In this document: one piece after another, positions 1 to 9,552 of the stretch | Numbering within the stretch: the stretch's first letter is position 1 | Layout of the letters: every line of letters begins with the position of its first letter | Source: Chloroflexota bacterium | GTDB lineage: Bacteria; Chloroflexota; Dehalococcoidia; Lucifugimonadales; Lucifugimonadaceae | NCBI GenBank assembly: GCA_002719295.1 | Contig: PBHC01000005.1 | Location: forward strand, 81,597 to 145,596 | Direction: 5' to 3' | Length of the DNA: 64,000 nucleotides | Translations under genes and position numbers: made by a program | Notes under the pieces: generated by a model | Database searches by the model: none | What the model saw: only the letters and a program-made list of their open reading frames with translations | Told to the model about the DNA's origin: nothing

Positions 1-2
1 AA

Positions 3-245
3 GAGCCAGGATGTTTAAGATTTGATGTTTACCAAAATCTAAATGATCCTACTGAACTTTATCTATATGAAGTTTATTCTAACGCAGATGCATTTGAATA
101 TCATAGAGGTACTCCACATATTAAAAATTGGCAAGATACTGTAAAAGATATGTATGATGAGTCTAGAAAAGGACAAAACGGTAGAAGAGGAAAAAATATA
201 TGGCCACCTGATAATTGGGAATGGAACTCAGGGCAAAGAAAATAA
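3..245 (+). CDS. Partial (5'-truncated) antibiotic biosynthesis monooxygenase (ABM)/LsrG-like protein
   Basis: Manual translation EPGCLRFDVYQNLNDPTELYLYEVYSNADAFEYHRGTPH...QRK*. The EPGC..F / YE.Y / H..TPH pattern is typical of ABM/LsrG. Not in the ORF track. Confidence 0.8.
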   Translation, partial: EPGCLRFDVYQNLNDPTELYLYEVYSNADAFEYHRGTPHIKNWQDTVKDMYDESRKGQNGRRGKNIWPPDNWEWNSGQRK

Positions 246-257
246 TTTGAGGTAAAA

Positions 258-1439
258 ATGAAAGTAACAGGGGTAAAAACATACGTAATAGAAAATGAGT
301 CTGCACCACGTTCAGGCGGAGGTGAAGAAACTGGTAATTGGTATATAGGAGGGAAGTATTTTCTTATTCTAGAATTATCAACTGATGAAGGAATTATAGG
401 TCTAGGCGAAAAACTTACAGGAAGTTCTTTTACAGGAAATATGACTTGGAAAGATTTTAAGTCCCAAATTCAATTAGTTCATGAAACTGTAGAAGCATTC
501 GTAGTTGGTAAAAATCCCTTTGATATAGAAAAAATTTACTATGATATGTATGCTGGAAGACATGATTATAGACTGCCTAGCTTACATTATGGAATGGTTT
601 TGTCAGGAATCGAAATGGCGCTATGGGATATAGTTGGAAAAGCAACTAATCAACCTATATATAATTTACTCGGCGGGAAATGCTGGGATAAATTGAGAGC
701 TTATGCGTATATGCCACCTATCCCAGAAGGAAAACCTGAAAATGCTGGTTCTGTTGCAGAACAATTGTTAAGAGAAGGAAATACTGCTTGTAAGTTTGAT
801 CCTTTTCACCCTATAACAGGTGTTCCTAGAGATATTAGTTTAAAAGAAATAACTTATACGGAAAACATATTTAAGAACATACGGTCTGCTGTAGGCAATG
901 AATTAGAAGTTGCTTTAGGTACCCATGGTCAATTGACAACTTATAGTGCTATCAGGGTGGCTAAAGCTATAGAGCCTTATCAACCTTTTTGGTTTGAAGA
1001 GCCTGTATCTCCCGAAAATATTGATGAAATGGCAAGAGTAGCTTCACATACTAGCATTCCTATTGCAACAGGAGAAAGACTAGCTACTGTTTTTCAATTC
1101 TCCGAATTATTAAAAAAACAAGCAGCTCAAATAATTCAGATTGATATTGGTCAAGCTGGTGGTATATTGGTGGGTAAAAAAGTAGCGGCAATGGCAGAGG
1201 CAAATTATGCAGTTATAGCTCCACACATGTATTGTGGACCGGTTGCAGCAGCAGCAGCTTTACAGGTAGCTACTTGTGCTCCTAATTTTATGATAGCTGA
1301 AGCTAACCAAGGTCCTCTTCATAAAAAAATATTTAAGGATCCAATTGTATTTGAAAATGGTTTTATAGAAATACCAGAAGGACCAGGTTTAGGAGTTGAA
1401 TTTGATCCTAAAGTACTTGAGAAGCATATAGTTAGCTAA
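258..1439 (+). CDS. Mandelate racemase/muconate lactonizing enzyme family (galactonate dehydratase-like)
   Basis: ALWDIVGK..NQPIYNLLGG, KFDPF, WFEEP, ATGER and APH motifs; GAGG SD upstream. Confidence 0.92.
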   Translation: MKVTGVKTYVIENESAPRSGGGEETGNWYIGGKYFLILELSTDEGIIGLGEKLTGSSFTGNMTWKDFKSQIQLVHETVEAFVVGKNPFDIEKIYYDMYAGRHDYRLPSLHYGMVLSGIEMALWDIVGKATNQPIYNLLGGKCWDKLRAYAYMPPIPEGKPENAGSVAEQLLREGNTACKFDPFHPITGVPRDISLKEITYTENIFKNIRSAVGNELEVALGTHGQLTTYSAIRVAKAIEPYQPFWFEEPVSPENIDEMARVASHTSIPIATGERLATVFQFSELLKKQAAQIIQIDIGQAGGILVGKKVAAMAEANYAVIAPHMYCGPVAAAAALQVATCAPNFMIAEANQGPLHKKIFKDPIVFENGFIEIPEGPGLGVEFDPKVLEKHIVS

Positions 1440-2132
1440 TTATAAATCTATAGTTGCAAAACATGGTTTTCCCATTAGAGTATTACTGTGTAATTTTCCT
1501 CCAAAGTTGGCGTCAGAAATCCACATTTTATTTCCTTTTATAGACATTCCGTGAGGATAAGGGTCATCTTCATCAAATTGAATCGTGTCTAAAATGGAAC
1601 CATTATTAATATCATACTTTATTATTTTTTTAGTTGATGTATGGGCGCACCATATACCATCATCTTGCCTAGCAAGTCCATGTAATCTTTCTTCATCAAC
1701 AACGAATTTTGATACAATTTCATAAGTCTCAGCTTCAATTTTATAAATTGCTTTTGGATTAAATGCTGTTACCCATATAAATCCATCATCCCATTCAATT
1801 CCGTGAATTCCTCCACCATCAGGAGTTGGGATTTTATCTATATAATCTCCTGTTTCTAAATCCAATTTATATATTAATCCTTCGTGAGTATCAGTAGGCT
1901 TAAAACTTCTTGCCTGTGTTTCACCATTGGAAGCTGTCCATATGAATCCTCCTCCTACGGTAATTCCTGAACCATTTTCAGTAATAGTTTCATATTTATG
2001 TTTTATATTCCCTTTTTCATCTAATACGTAAACATCATCTAATTCTTGATCCATTACGTATAATCCTTTTGAAGTCCATTGCAATCCATTAGGATGTTTA
2101 CAGGGGGATTTAAATACTTCAGTAGTAATCAT
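1440..2132 (-). CDS. Beta-propeller protein (Vgb lyase/glutaminyl cyclase-like)
   Basis: Repeated blades PNGLQW, GSGIT, IHGIEW, LHGLA and PHGMS, most followed by a IW/MW strand. Confidence 0.6.
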   Translation of the reverse strand: MITTEVFKSPCKHPNGLQWTSKGLYVMDQELDDVYVLDEKGNIKHKYETITENGSGITVGGGFIWTASNGETQARSFKPTDTHEGLIYKLDLETGDYIDKIPTPDGGGIHGIEWDDGFIWVTAFNPKAIYKIEAETYEIVSKFVVDEERLHGLARQDDGIWCAHTSTKKIIKYDINNGSILDTIQFDEDDPYPHGMSIKGNKMWISDANFGGKLHSNTLMGKPCFATIDL

Positions 2133-2226
2133 TTTAACCTCGTTTATTTTTATAGCTGTGATGAAATTAAAAAAATGTCATCATATACAAATAAAATTTA
2201 TTTATATATTATTACAAATACATATT

Positions 2227-2868
2227 ATGTTTTCCATATTTAATCGAAAAAAGAAAGTAATGATTTTTATAGATGGTTCAAATCTATATCATGTTCTGTT
2301 AAGAAATTGTGGCAGAAGTGATCTAATGTTTTCATCGTTTGGTGAAAAGCTAACAGGCAGAAAACGATCATTAGTTAAGATATTTTATTACAACGTAAGA
2401 CAGGAATTAGAAGGTAAAATTAAGATTCCTGATGAACAAAAGAAATTTTTGGCTAGCTTAAATAAAGTAGAAAAAATAGAAATAAAGTTAGGTATTTGGA
2501 AAGAACAAAATGGCTCTATTGTAGAAAAAGGAGTAGATGTATTATTAGCTACTGACTTAGTTTTAAACGCTGTAAAAAATAATTATGATCATGCAATTAT
2601 TGTTAGTGGAGATGGAGATTTTTTCCCTGCTATTGATGCAGTTAAGAAAGAAGGAAAAAGAGTTGAAGTGGCAGCTTTTGAATCAAATATTTCTAAGGAA
2701 GCTAGTGAGTCAGCAGATAGAGTCTTAAAGTTAAAAAAATCTTTTTTTAATAATTTATGGATGCCAAAAAGAAATTCACGAAAATATTCAGATAAAAATA
2801 GAAATTCTTCTGAAAAGAAAAACTCAAAAACTAGAGGTTCTAATAAAAGAAGAAAATTACTTGTGTAG
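2227..2868 (+). CDS. NYN domain (LabA/DUF88) putative RNase with basic C-terminal tail
   Basis: FIDGSNL, EKGVDV.LA.D and SGDGDF PIN-like acidic motifs; ATG 2227 is a more plausible start than 2158. Confidence 0.88.
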   Translation: MFSIFNRKKKVMIFIDGSNLYHVLLRNCGRSDLMFSSFGEKLTGRKRSLVKIFYYNVRQELEGKIKIPDEQKKFLASLNKVEKIEIKLGIWKEQNGSIVEKGVDVLLATDLVLNAVKNNYDHAIIVSGDGDFFPAIDAVKKEGKRVEVAAFESNISKEASESADRVLKLKKSFFNNLWMPKRNSRKYSDKNRNSSEKKNSKTRGSNKRRKLLV

Positions 2869-2882
2869 TATATTAGAACCAA

Positions 2883-4109
2883 ATGAATCTATTCAAAATA
2901 CCTAGGCAGATAACATATACGATTATCCCGTTGAGTTTGATTATTATGGGAGATAGTATTCTATATGTAATATTACCTACAAACTATGAATTTTTTGAAA
3001 TTAATTCATATTTAAGTTTGCCTTATGAATTTTGGATAGGTTTTATTCTTTCTATTAATAGGTTTATTCGTTTTTTTTCAAATATTTTTTCTGTAAAAAT
3101 ATTTAAGTTTTTTGGATTTAGAAACACTATATATATAGCATGTTTTTTAGGTGCAGGTTCAACATTATTTTATGCATTATTTAAAGGTGTACTTCTATTA
3201 ATACTTGCTAGAATAATTTGGGGATTTTCATATTCTTTGTTTAGGCTTGGCTATCAATTAAAAGTATTTAGTTTTTCTGTAAATAATTATGGAAAATATC
3301 TAGGTTACTGTTTAGGAATACAAAGAACGGGTAGCTTTTTGGTAGTAACTTTGGGTGTATTGATTTCAATAAAATTTGGAATTTATTTAACTTTAATTCT
3401 TTTATCATTATTGATAATTCCTGCATTAATAATTTCTTATTTTATTAAAAATCTAGAAATGTCAAAATATACTCCCGGTAAAATAAATTGGAACTTAATT
3501 TATAATGACCAAAAAAATAATATTAGAAATAAAATAATAACTATTTCTTTTTTTAAATTTACTTCTTCTTTTACATCAAACGGCTTAGCAATAGCTACAA
3601 TCACTCCTTTTTTATTATCAATAAATAAAGATCTATATAATGTTGAAACTATAATAGCAATTGCAGGATTCGTTGTTGGATTTAGATGGATAGCTGATAT
3701 ATTCTTTGGGATTATTTTTGGAACGATTTCAGATAAATTTGGTAGAAAAATAAATATTTTATTTAGCTCGTCGCTCATGATAATTTGCATTTTGTTTTCT
3801 ATAAGTGGAATAAGTTTTTATTTAAGTATAATTTCTTTAGTTCTAATGTTTTTCTTTAGCGTTTCTTTAGAAACTTCATTAGATGCTTTATTGGGAGAAA
3901 TATCACCAGAGAATCAAAAATCTTCCATAATTTCTAGGTACTCTACGTGGCAGGACTTAGGTGCAGCATTGGGGCCTATGATTGGTTTTATTATTGCTAG
4001 TGGTCTTGGGATTTCTTTTGGATACTATTTGTCTATTTTTATGTTCTTTTTATGCATAATCCCTTTTCTAAGGTTATTTACCAATCAAGAAAAACAAAAT
4101 TATCCTTAG
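2883..4109 (+). CDS. MFS transporter
   Basis: About 12 hydrophobic segments; GTISDKFGRK motif A. Confidence 0.88.
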   Translation: MNLFKIPRQITYTIIPLSLIIMGDSILYVILPTNYEFFEINSYLSLPYEFWIGFILSINRFIRFFSNIFSVKIFKFFGFRNTIYIACFLGAGSTLFYALFKGVLLLILARIIWGFSYSLFRLGYQLKVFSFSVNNYGKYLGYCLGIQRTGSFLVVTLGVLISIKFGIYLTLILLSLLIIPALIISYFIKNLEMSKYTPGKINWNLIYNDQKNNIRNKIITISFFKFTSSFTSNGLAIATITPFLLSINKDLYNVETIIAIAGFVVGFRWIADIFFGIIFGTISDKFGRKINILFSSSLMIICILFSISGISFYLSIISLVLMFFFSVSLETSLDALLGEISPENQKSSIISRYSTWQDLGAALGPMIGFIIASGLGISFGYYLSIFMFFLCIIPFLRLFTNQEKQNYP

Positions 4110-5094
4110 AATTTAATATAATCTCTTGAGAAGAACCATTTGGCTTCATCTGATAAATATCAGAATTATTATATGCATTAGAGGTAAATAAAATACTTTT
4201 ATATCTTTCTGACCAAACTATATTGCTTTCGTCTACTTTATTATTAGTGAGTCTTTCTATCTTTTTTGATTTTATATCCATCATGTATATTTCTTTGTCA
4301 TTTGGAAGGTTATTTATATATAAAATCTTATTTCCGCCAAATGCCCATGTGTATTCACTGATATTTACTTTTTGATTTTCATGAATATTCTCGCCAAAAT
4401 AATCGTTTTTATCAATTTCTTTTCCAGTTTTCTTAACAACCTGATCAATGTCTTTATAAATCCAAATTGATTGAAGATCCTTATCGACCCGGCTAAAAAC
4501 TAAGTATTCTCCATTTGGACTCCATTTTGGATTATTTCCTTTAGTAATAAAAATTTCATTAACACCCTTTGGATTTGATAAATAAATTGAATCTTCTGTA
4601 TTGAAAACTATCCATTTACTATCTGGTGACCATGATCCTAATTTTGCTTCTTTATCAGGTCTAGTTATTGGAAGAAAACTTTTTAAACTTAAAGAATATA
4701 AAAATATATTAGCTTCATTATCAATGGGTTTAAATTCAATTGCAATTTCTTTTGAATTTGGCGCCCATTCAAATCTATTAATATCTCTATTTTTATGATT
4801 TGCTATCTCTAGTTCTGTTCCTTGATCATTTGATATCCATAATGTTTTTTGGTTATTTCGTTCTTTTATAAAAGCGAAGTTCTCTTTGTTAGGTGACCAT
4901 TGTGGATTTATAGATTTTGATTCTAAATCAGTTATAAACTTGAATGATGGATTTGAAGTTGTGTTAATAAGTACAATTCTTGAGTAATCTCCAATTTTTT
5001 GTTCTGCCAAAATAGCTTGATTTGAGTTAAAAGAACACCCTGAAAACAGAAAAACTGTAAGGCATAATATTTTTATTATTATTGTTTTATTCAC
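4078..5094 (-). CDS. TolB-like (PD40 repeat) lipoprotein
   Basis: Lipobox-like LFSGC; repeated P.WSP[ND] motifs. Confidence 0.8.
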   Translation of the reverse strand: MNKTIIIKILCLTVFLFSGCSFNSNQAILAEQKIGDYSRIVLINTTSNPSFKFITDLESKSINPQWSPNKENFAFIKERNNQKTLWISNDQGTELEIANHKNRDINRFEWAPNSKEIAIEFKPIDNEANIFLYSLSLKSFLPITRPDKEAKLGSWSPDSKWIVFNTEDSIYLSNPKGVNEIFITKGNNPKWSPNGEYLVFSRVDKDLQSIWIYKDIDQVVKKTGKEIDKNDYFGENIHENQKVNISEYTWAFGGNKILYINNLPNDKEIYMMDIKSKKIERLTNNKVDESNIVWSERYKSILFTSNAYNNSDIYQMKPNGSSQEIILNSKDNFVFLDW

Positions 5095-5200
5095 TATAAA
5101 TTTATTTAGTGGTTTTTTTTTATTAGTTTAATGATTATAATCAAAATCAAATTTCTAGGCATTTATAGAATTTTACAGAAATATATCTTAGGAGGTATTA

Positions 5201-6376
5201 ATGAAGTTTTCTTTTTTTTCAATGCCCTTACATTTGCCTAATGAAAACCCTGCACTAGCTTTTAAAAGAGATTTGGAATTAATAAAAAAAGCTGAAGATC
5301 TTGGATTTGATGGTTTTTTTGTAGGAGAGCATCATACTGCTGCCTGGGAAAATATTCCTTCTCCCGAGTTGTTTTTATCAAAAGCATCTGCTTATACAAA
5401 AAATATTCAGTTAGGTTCTTCTTTAGTCAGCTTGCCCTTTCACCACCCTTTTAATGTGGCAGAAAGATTTGCATTTCTTGATCATTTGACTGAAGGAAGA
5501 GCTGTTTTAGGAGTTGGTCCTTGTAGTTTGCCCCCTGATGTCAAACTATACAATGTCCCTGCTCAAGAATTAAACCCTATGATGAGAGAATCTTTACAAA
5601 TTATTGATTTACTCTTAACTTCAGATGATCCAATTAGTTATTCAGGAAAATACTGGGATATAAAAGATATGTTTATACAATTAAAATCATTTCAACAACC
5701 TAGAATCCCTTACGCAACAGCTTCAGTAGGATCTGAAAGATCATTAGAATTTGCTTCAATGTATAATATGCATCTTTGGTCATTGGCTTTAGAAAATACA
5801 CCTCCTAATGGAATTCATTGGTCTAAACAATGGCAAAAAACAGAAGAAATTTCAAAAAAACTAGGAACGAACCCCTCAAAAGATGATTGGAGAGTCGTGA
5901 CTTATGTACATCTAGCCGAAACAAGTAAGCAAGCTTGGGACGAAGTAGAGAAAGCGATTGAAAGAGATATCCACGAATATTTTTATGTTATTGGTGGCCA
6001 TGAAGGATGGTTATTAGATAAAGAACAAGATCCTTACTCATTAACTGCTAAAGAAATTGTCGAATCAAGAAACTGGATTATAGGTACACCTGATGAGGCT
6101 ATAAAGAAAATTAATCAAATGAATGAGAAAGCAGAAGGATTAGGAGGTTTGATGTTTACTACACATGAATGGACTAATCAAAATTCTATAAATAATTCAT
6201 TAGAACTTTTTGCAAGATACGTTATGCCGGAATTTAAGGGACATACAAAATCTATCAAAAAAGCATGGGATCTGACAAAGGAAGACAGAAAAAATAACAA
6301 GATTCCTTCTTTATCTTCTAAAGATAAACCTCCAGATATAGATGATCATAAATCTAATCTATTTATAAACAGATAA
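5201..6376 (+). CDS. LLM-class (luciferase-like) flavin-dependent monooxygenase
   Basis: AEDLGFD...GEHH, HHPF.VAER.AFLDHL..GR and LELFARYVMP; GGAGG SD. Confidence 0.92.
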   Translation: MKFSFFSMPLHLPNENPALAFKRDLELIKKAEDLGFDGFFVGEHHTAAWENIPSPELFLSKASAYTKNIQLGSSLVSLPFHHPFNVAERFAFLDHLTEGRAVLGVGPCSLPPDVKLYNVPAQELNPMMRESLQIIDLLLTSDDPISYSGKYWDIKDMFIQLKSFQQPRIPYATASVGSERSLEFASMYNMHLWSLALENTPPNGIHWSKQWQKTEEISKKLGTNPSKDDWRVVTYVHLAETSKQAWDEVEKAIERDIHEYFYVIGGHEGWLLDKEQDPYSLTAKEIVESRNWIIGTPDEAIKKINQMNEKAEGLGGLMFTTHEWTNQNSINNSLELFARYVMPEFKGHTKSIKKAWDLTKEDRKNNKIPSLSSKDKPPDIDDHKSNLFINR

Positions 6377-6388
6377 TATAGGAGCCTT

Positions 6389-7759
6389 ATGAAAAATACA
6401 GATTTAATAACACTTATTGATGAAATAGATCAGAATTCTGATGAACTTGTTAATTTACATCAAAGTTTAGTAAAAATTGAGTCAGTAAATACAGGGTATA
6501 TGCCTACTGGAAACGAGACCAAAGTAACTGAATTTTGCGCCAATTGGTTAGGTAAATATGGAATAGAATCTAGCCAACTATCTAGAGTTAAAGAGAGGGG
6601 AAATATTATTGCCAAATATCCATTATCTGGTGATAGGAAAAAACTTTTGTTGATGTCTCATACAGATGTAGTCCCTGTTGAAAATTATGACAAATGGGAA
6701 TTTGAACCTTTTAGTGCTGAATTAAAGAATGGAAAAATTTTAGGAAGAGGATCTTCAGATTGTAAGGGTTTATTAGCTTCTCAAATGATGGCAATGGCTA
6801 TATTGGCTAAAAATGAGATTGAATTTCAAGATAATTTTACATTAATCTCAGGTGCAGATGAGGAACATGGTGGAAGATATGGATTTGGCTGGTTGCTTGA
6901 AAATCACCCTGATGAGTTAAGATTTGAGTATGCAATTAATGAAGGAGGAGGGTCTCCTGTTACTATTGGGAATAATTTATATTATCTTTTAGGAACAGGA
7001 GAAAAAGGTAGGCTTGAAATTAATATAAAAATTAAAGGAGAAAGTGCTCATGCATCAGTTCCATGGTTAGGGGAAAATGCTATGGGATCAACATCAAAAG
7101 CGATAGACAAAATATTAAATTATATTCCAGATTTAGATTGTTCAACTGATATATTTAACTACTTAGGTTTGTTTGGAATAGAAACTAAACCTTCAATAAA
7201 AAATTTGGATTTAATAATTAACGAAGCTTATGAAAAAAACTCTAATCTTGGAACTCTTTTAAAAGCTTTATCTAGAATGACTATTACTCCTACAATTATT
7301 AAAGGCGGTATAAAATCTAATTCGGTTCCAGAATTTATTGAGTTAGTGCTTGATGTAAGAACATTGCCAAATCAAAATGACAAAGAAGTTGAAATTCAAT
7401 TGAATAAAATATTCGAAGGGATTCCAAATCTTACTTATGATATTGATTATATGGCAAAGCCAAATTCCTCACCTTTTAATACAGAGCTGCTCAATGCTAT
7501 AAAAAAATCACAAGCATTGAGTGTAGGTAGAGACGATATTCAATGGATTCCTTCTGTTTCAACTGGTTTTACGGATTCTAGATTTACAAGAGAATTGAAT
7601 GTGATTACCTATGGATTTAGAGGAACTCATCCAGATGATAATCCTGATTCAGAGAATGTTCATGGAACTAATGAGAACTATGGTATTAAATCATTAATTA
7701 GCTCATCAAAAACAATGCTTGGAACTATATGGGAGATGTGTAAGCCTGTTACCCAGTAA
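6389..7759 (+). CDS. M20/M25/M40 family metallohydrolase (ArgE/DapE-like)
   Basis: [29 protein letters not shown] and HGTNE metal-binding motifs. Confidence 0.92.
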   Translation: MKNTDLITLIDEIDQNSDELVNLHQSLVKIESVNTGYMPTGNETKVTEFCANWLGKYGIESSQLSRVKERGNIIAKYPLSGDRKKLLLMSHTDVVPVENYDKWEFEPFSAELKNGKILGRGSSDCKGLLASQMMAMAILAKNEIEFQDNFTLISGADEEHGGRYGFGWLLENHPDELRFEYAINEGGGSPVTIGNNLYYLLGTGEKGRLEINIKIKGESAHASVPWLGENAMGSTSKAIDKILNYIPDLDCSTDIFNYLGLFGIETKPSIKNLDLIINEAYEKNSNLGTLLKALSRMTITPTIIKGGIKSNSVPEFIELVLDVRTLPNQNDKEVEIQLNKIFEGIPNLTYDIDYMAKPNSSPFNTELLNAIKKSQALSVGRDDIQWIPSVSTGFTDSRFTRELNVITYGFRGTHPDDNPDSENVHGTNENYGIKSLISSSKTMLGTIWEMCKPVTQ

Positions 7760-9446
7760 CTGCTCCTTCTGAGGCAGGTTGAACAAGTTTTATATATTTT
7801 CCTAAAGTCCCTTTCTCATATAGTGGCTTTCTTGGCTTCCAACTTTTTAATCTTTCAGTTATTTTTTCAGAAGGGATCATTAAATTTAGTTCAAATTTAT
7901 CTAAGTTTATTTCTATTGTATCTCCATCTTCTACAGCTGCAATTGGACCTCCTACAGCAGCTTCTGGGCCTAAATGTCCAATTATTGCTCCTGTAGAACC
8001 TCCAGAAAATCTACCGTCAGTAATTAAGTAAACACTTTCACTTAGACCTTGTCCAACTAAAGCTCCAGTTATAGATAACATTTCTCTCATTCCAGGTCCT
8101 CCTTTTGGACCTTCATACCTGATTATTACTACATCTCCTGCTTTAATTTCTCTTTTTCTCAAAGCTTCCATTGCTTGTTCTTCTTGATCAAAAACTTTAG
8201 CAGGACCTGTAAATTTTTTACCAAAATCGTGACCTGCAACTTTTAAAACACAGCCATCAGGTGCTAAGTTTCCAAATAAAGTTACTAATCCACCTGTTTT
8301 AGAAATAGGATTATCAATAAGTCTAACGATTTTATTTTCATTAGGATTTATATCTATATCTTTTAAATTTTCTTCTATTGTTTTACCCGTTACGGTCATT
8401 TGATCTCCATGAAGTAATCCACCTACTAAAAGTCTTTTCATTACAAGTTGAACACCTCCAACTTTATCTAGATCAAACATAACATATTTTCCTCCTGGCT
8501 TCATATCTGCAAGTAGTGGAGTCCTCATCGATATATCATGTATTTCTTTCAATGTAAGTTTTATACCCATTTCATTAGCAATTGCTGGAAGATGCAAAGC
8601 TGTGTTAGTAGATCCTCCCATGGCAACAACAAGAGTGACAGCATTTTCAAAAGCCTTTTTTGTTAATATGTCAGAAGGCCTAATGTTTTCTCTAACAAGA
8701 TTCATTACAGCAGCTCCTGCTACTTTTGAAGAGTCTTTTTTTCTCTGGTCTACGGCAGCTTCTGACGCTGATCCAGGGATACTCAATCCTAGAGCTTCTC
8801 CAATACTAGACATTGTATTTGCTGTGAACATACCACCACAAGATCCTGGCCCAGGACATGCATGAGTTTCAATTGCTTTTAATTGTTCATCATCTATTTC
8901 TCCTGCTTGTCTTTTTCCTACTGCTTCAAAAGCACTTATAATAGTAAGATCTTCACCATTAAGATGCCCTGGCAAAATTGATCCACCATATACAAACACG
9001 CTAGGTATATTTAATCGAGCCATAGCCATCATGGCTCCAGGTAATGATTTGTCACATCCAGCTATTGCTACCAGTCCGTCATATCTTTCTGCAAAACATA
9101 CAGTCTCTATAGAATCAGCAATAATTTCTCTAGATACTAATGATCCCTTCATACCTTCTGTACCCATTGAAATTGCATCTGATACAGTTATAGTCCCAAA
9201 TTCAAATGGTGTTCCTTTTGAAGATCTGATTCCTGCTTTTACTTCATCAGCAAGAGGTTTTATTCCTGAATTACATGGGGTAACTTCATTATGAGTAGAA
9301 GCTACTCCAATAAAAGGAGCATTTATATCGTCATCATTCAACCCCATTGCTCTCATCATTGATCTATGAGGGGCTCTTGCAACTCCTTCTGTAGTTTCCC
9401 AACTTCTCCATTTTCCTTTTTGTCTTTCTTCTTTTTTTCTCTTCAT
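7749..9446 (-). CDS. ilvD: Dihydroxy-acid dehydratase
   Basis: [43 protein letters not shown] and TDGRFSGG. Confidence 0.96.
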   Translation of the reverse strand: MKRKKEERQKGKWRSWETTEGVARAPHRSMMRAMGLNDDDINAPFIGVASTHNEVTPCNSGIKPLADEVKAGIRSSKGTPFEFGTITVSDAISMGTEGMKGSLVSREIIADSIETVCFAERYDGLVAIAGCDKSLPGAMMAMARLNIPSVFVYGGSILPGHLNGEDLTIISAFEAVGKRQAGEIDDEQLKAIETHACPGPGSCGGMFTANTMSSIGEALGLSIPGSASEAAVDQRKKDSSKVAGAAVMNLVRENIRPSDILTKKAFENAVTLVVAMGGSTNTALHLPAIANEMGIKLTLKEIHDISMRTPLLADMKPGGKYVMFDLDKVGGVQLVMKRLLVGGLLHGDQMTVTGKTIEENLKDIDINPNENKIVRLIDNPISKTGGLVTLFGNLAPDGCVLKVAGHDFGKKFTGPAKVFDQEEQAMEALRKREIKAGDVVIIRYEGPKGGPGMREMLSITGALVGQGLSESVYLITDGRFSGGSTGAIIGHLGPEAAVGGPIAAVEDGDTIEINLDKFELNLMIPSEKITERLKSWKPRKPLYEKGTLGKYIKLVQPASEGAVTG

Positions 9447-9552
9447 TTAATCCTCAACAATTTGTACAGATTTAATTAATCTTTTTATAACTATTTAGTA
9501 TATAACGGTATAGTATTTATAAGAGTATACTATTTCAAGAAATTATAAAATT

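Noticed and set aside
2158..2226. N-terminal extension of the NYN ORF in the track
   Set aside because: AT-rich divergent promoter region; the domain begins after Met at 2227.
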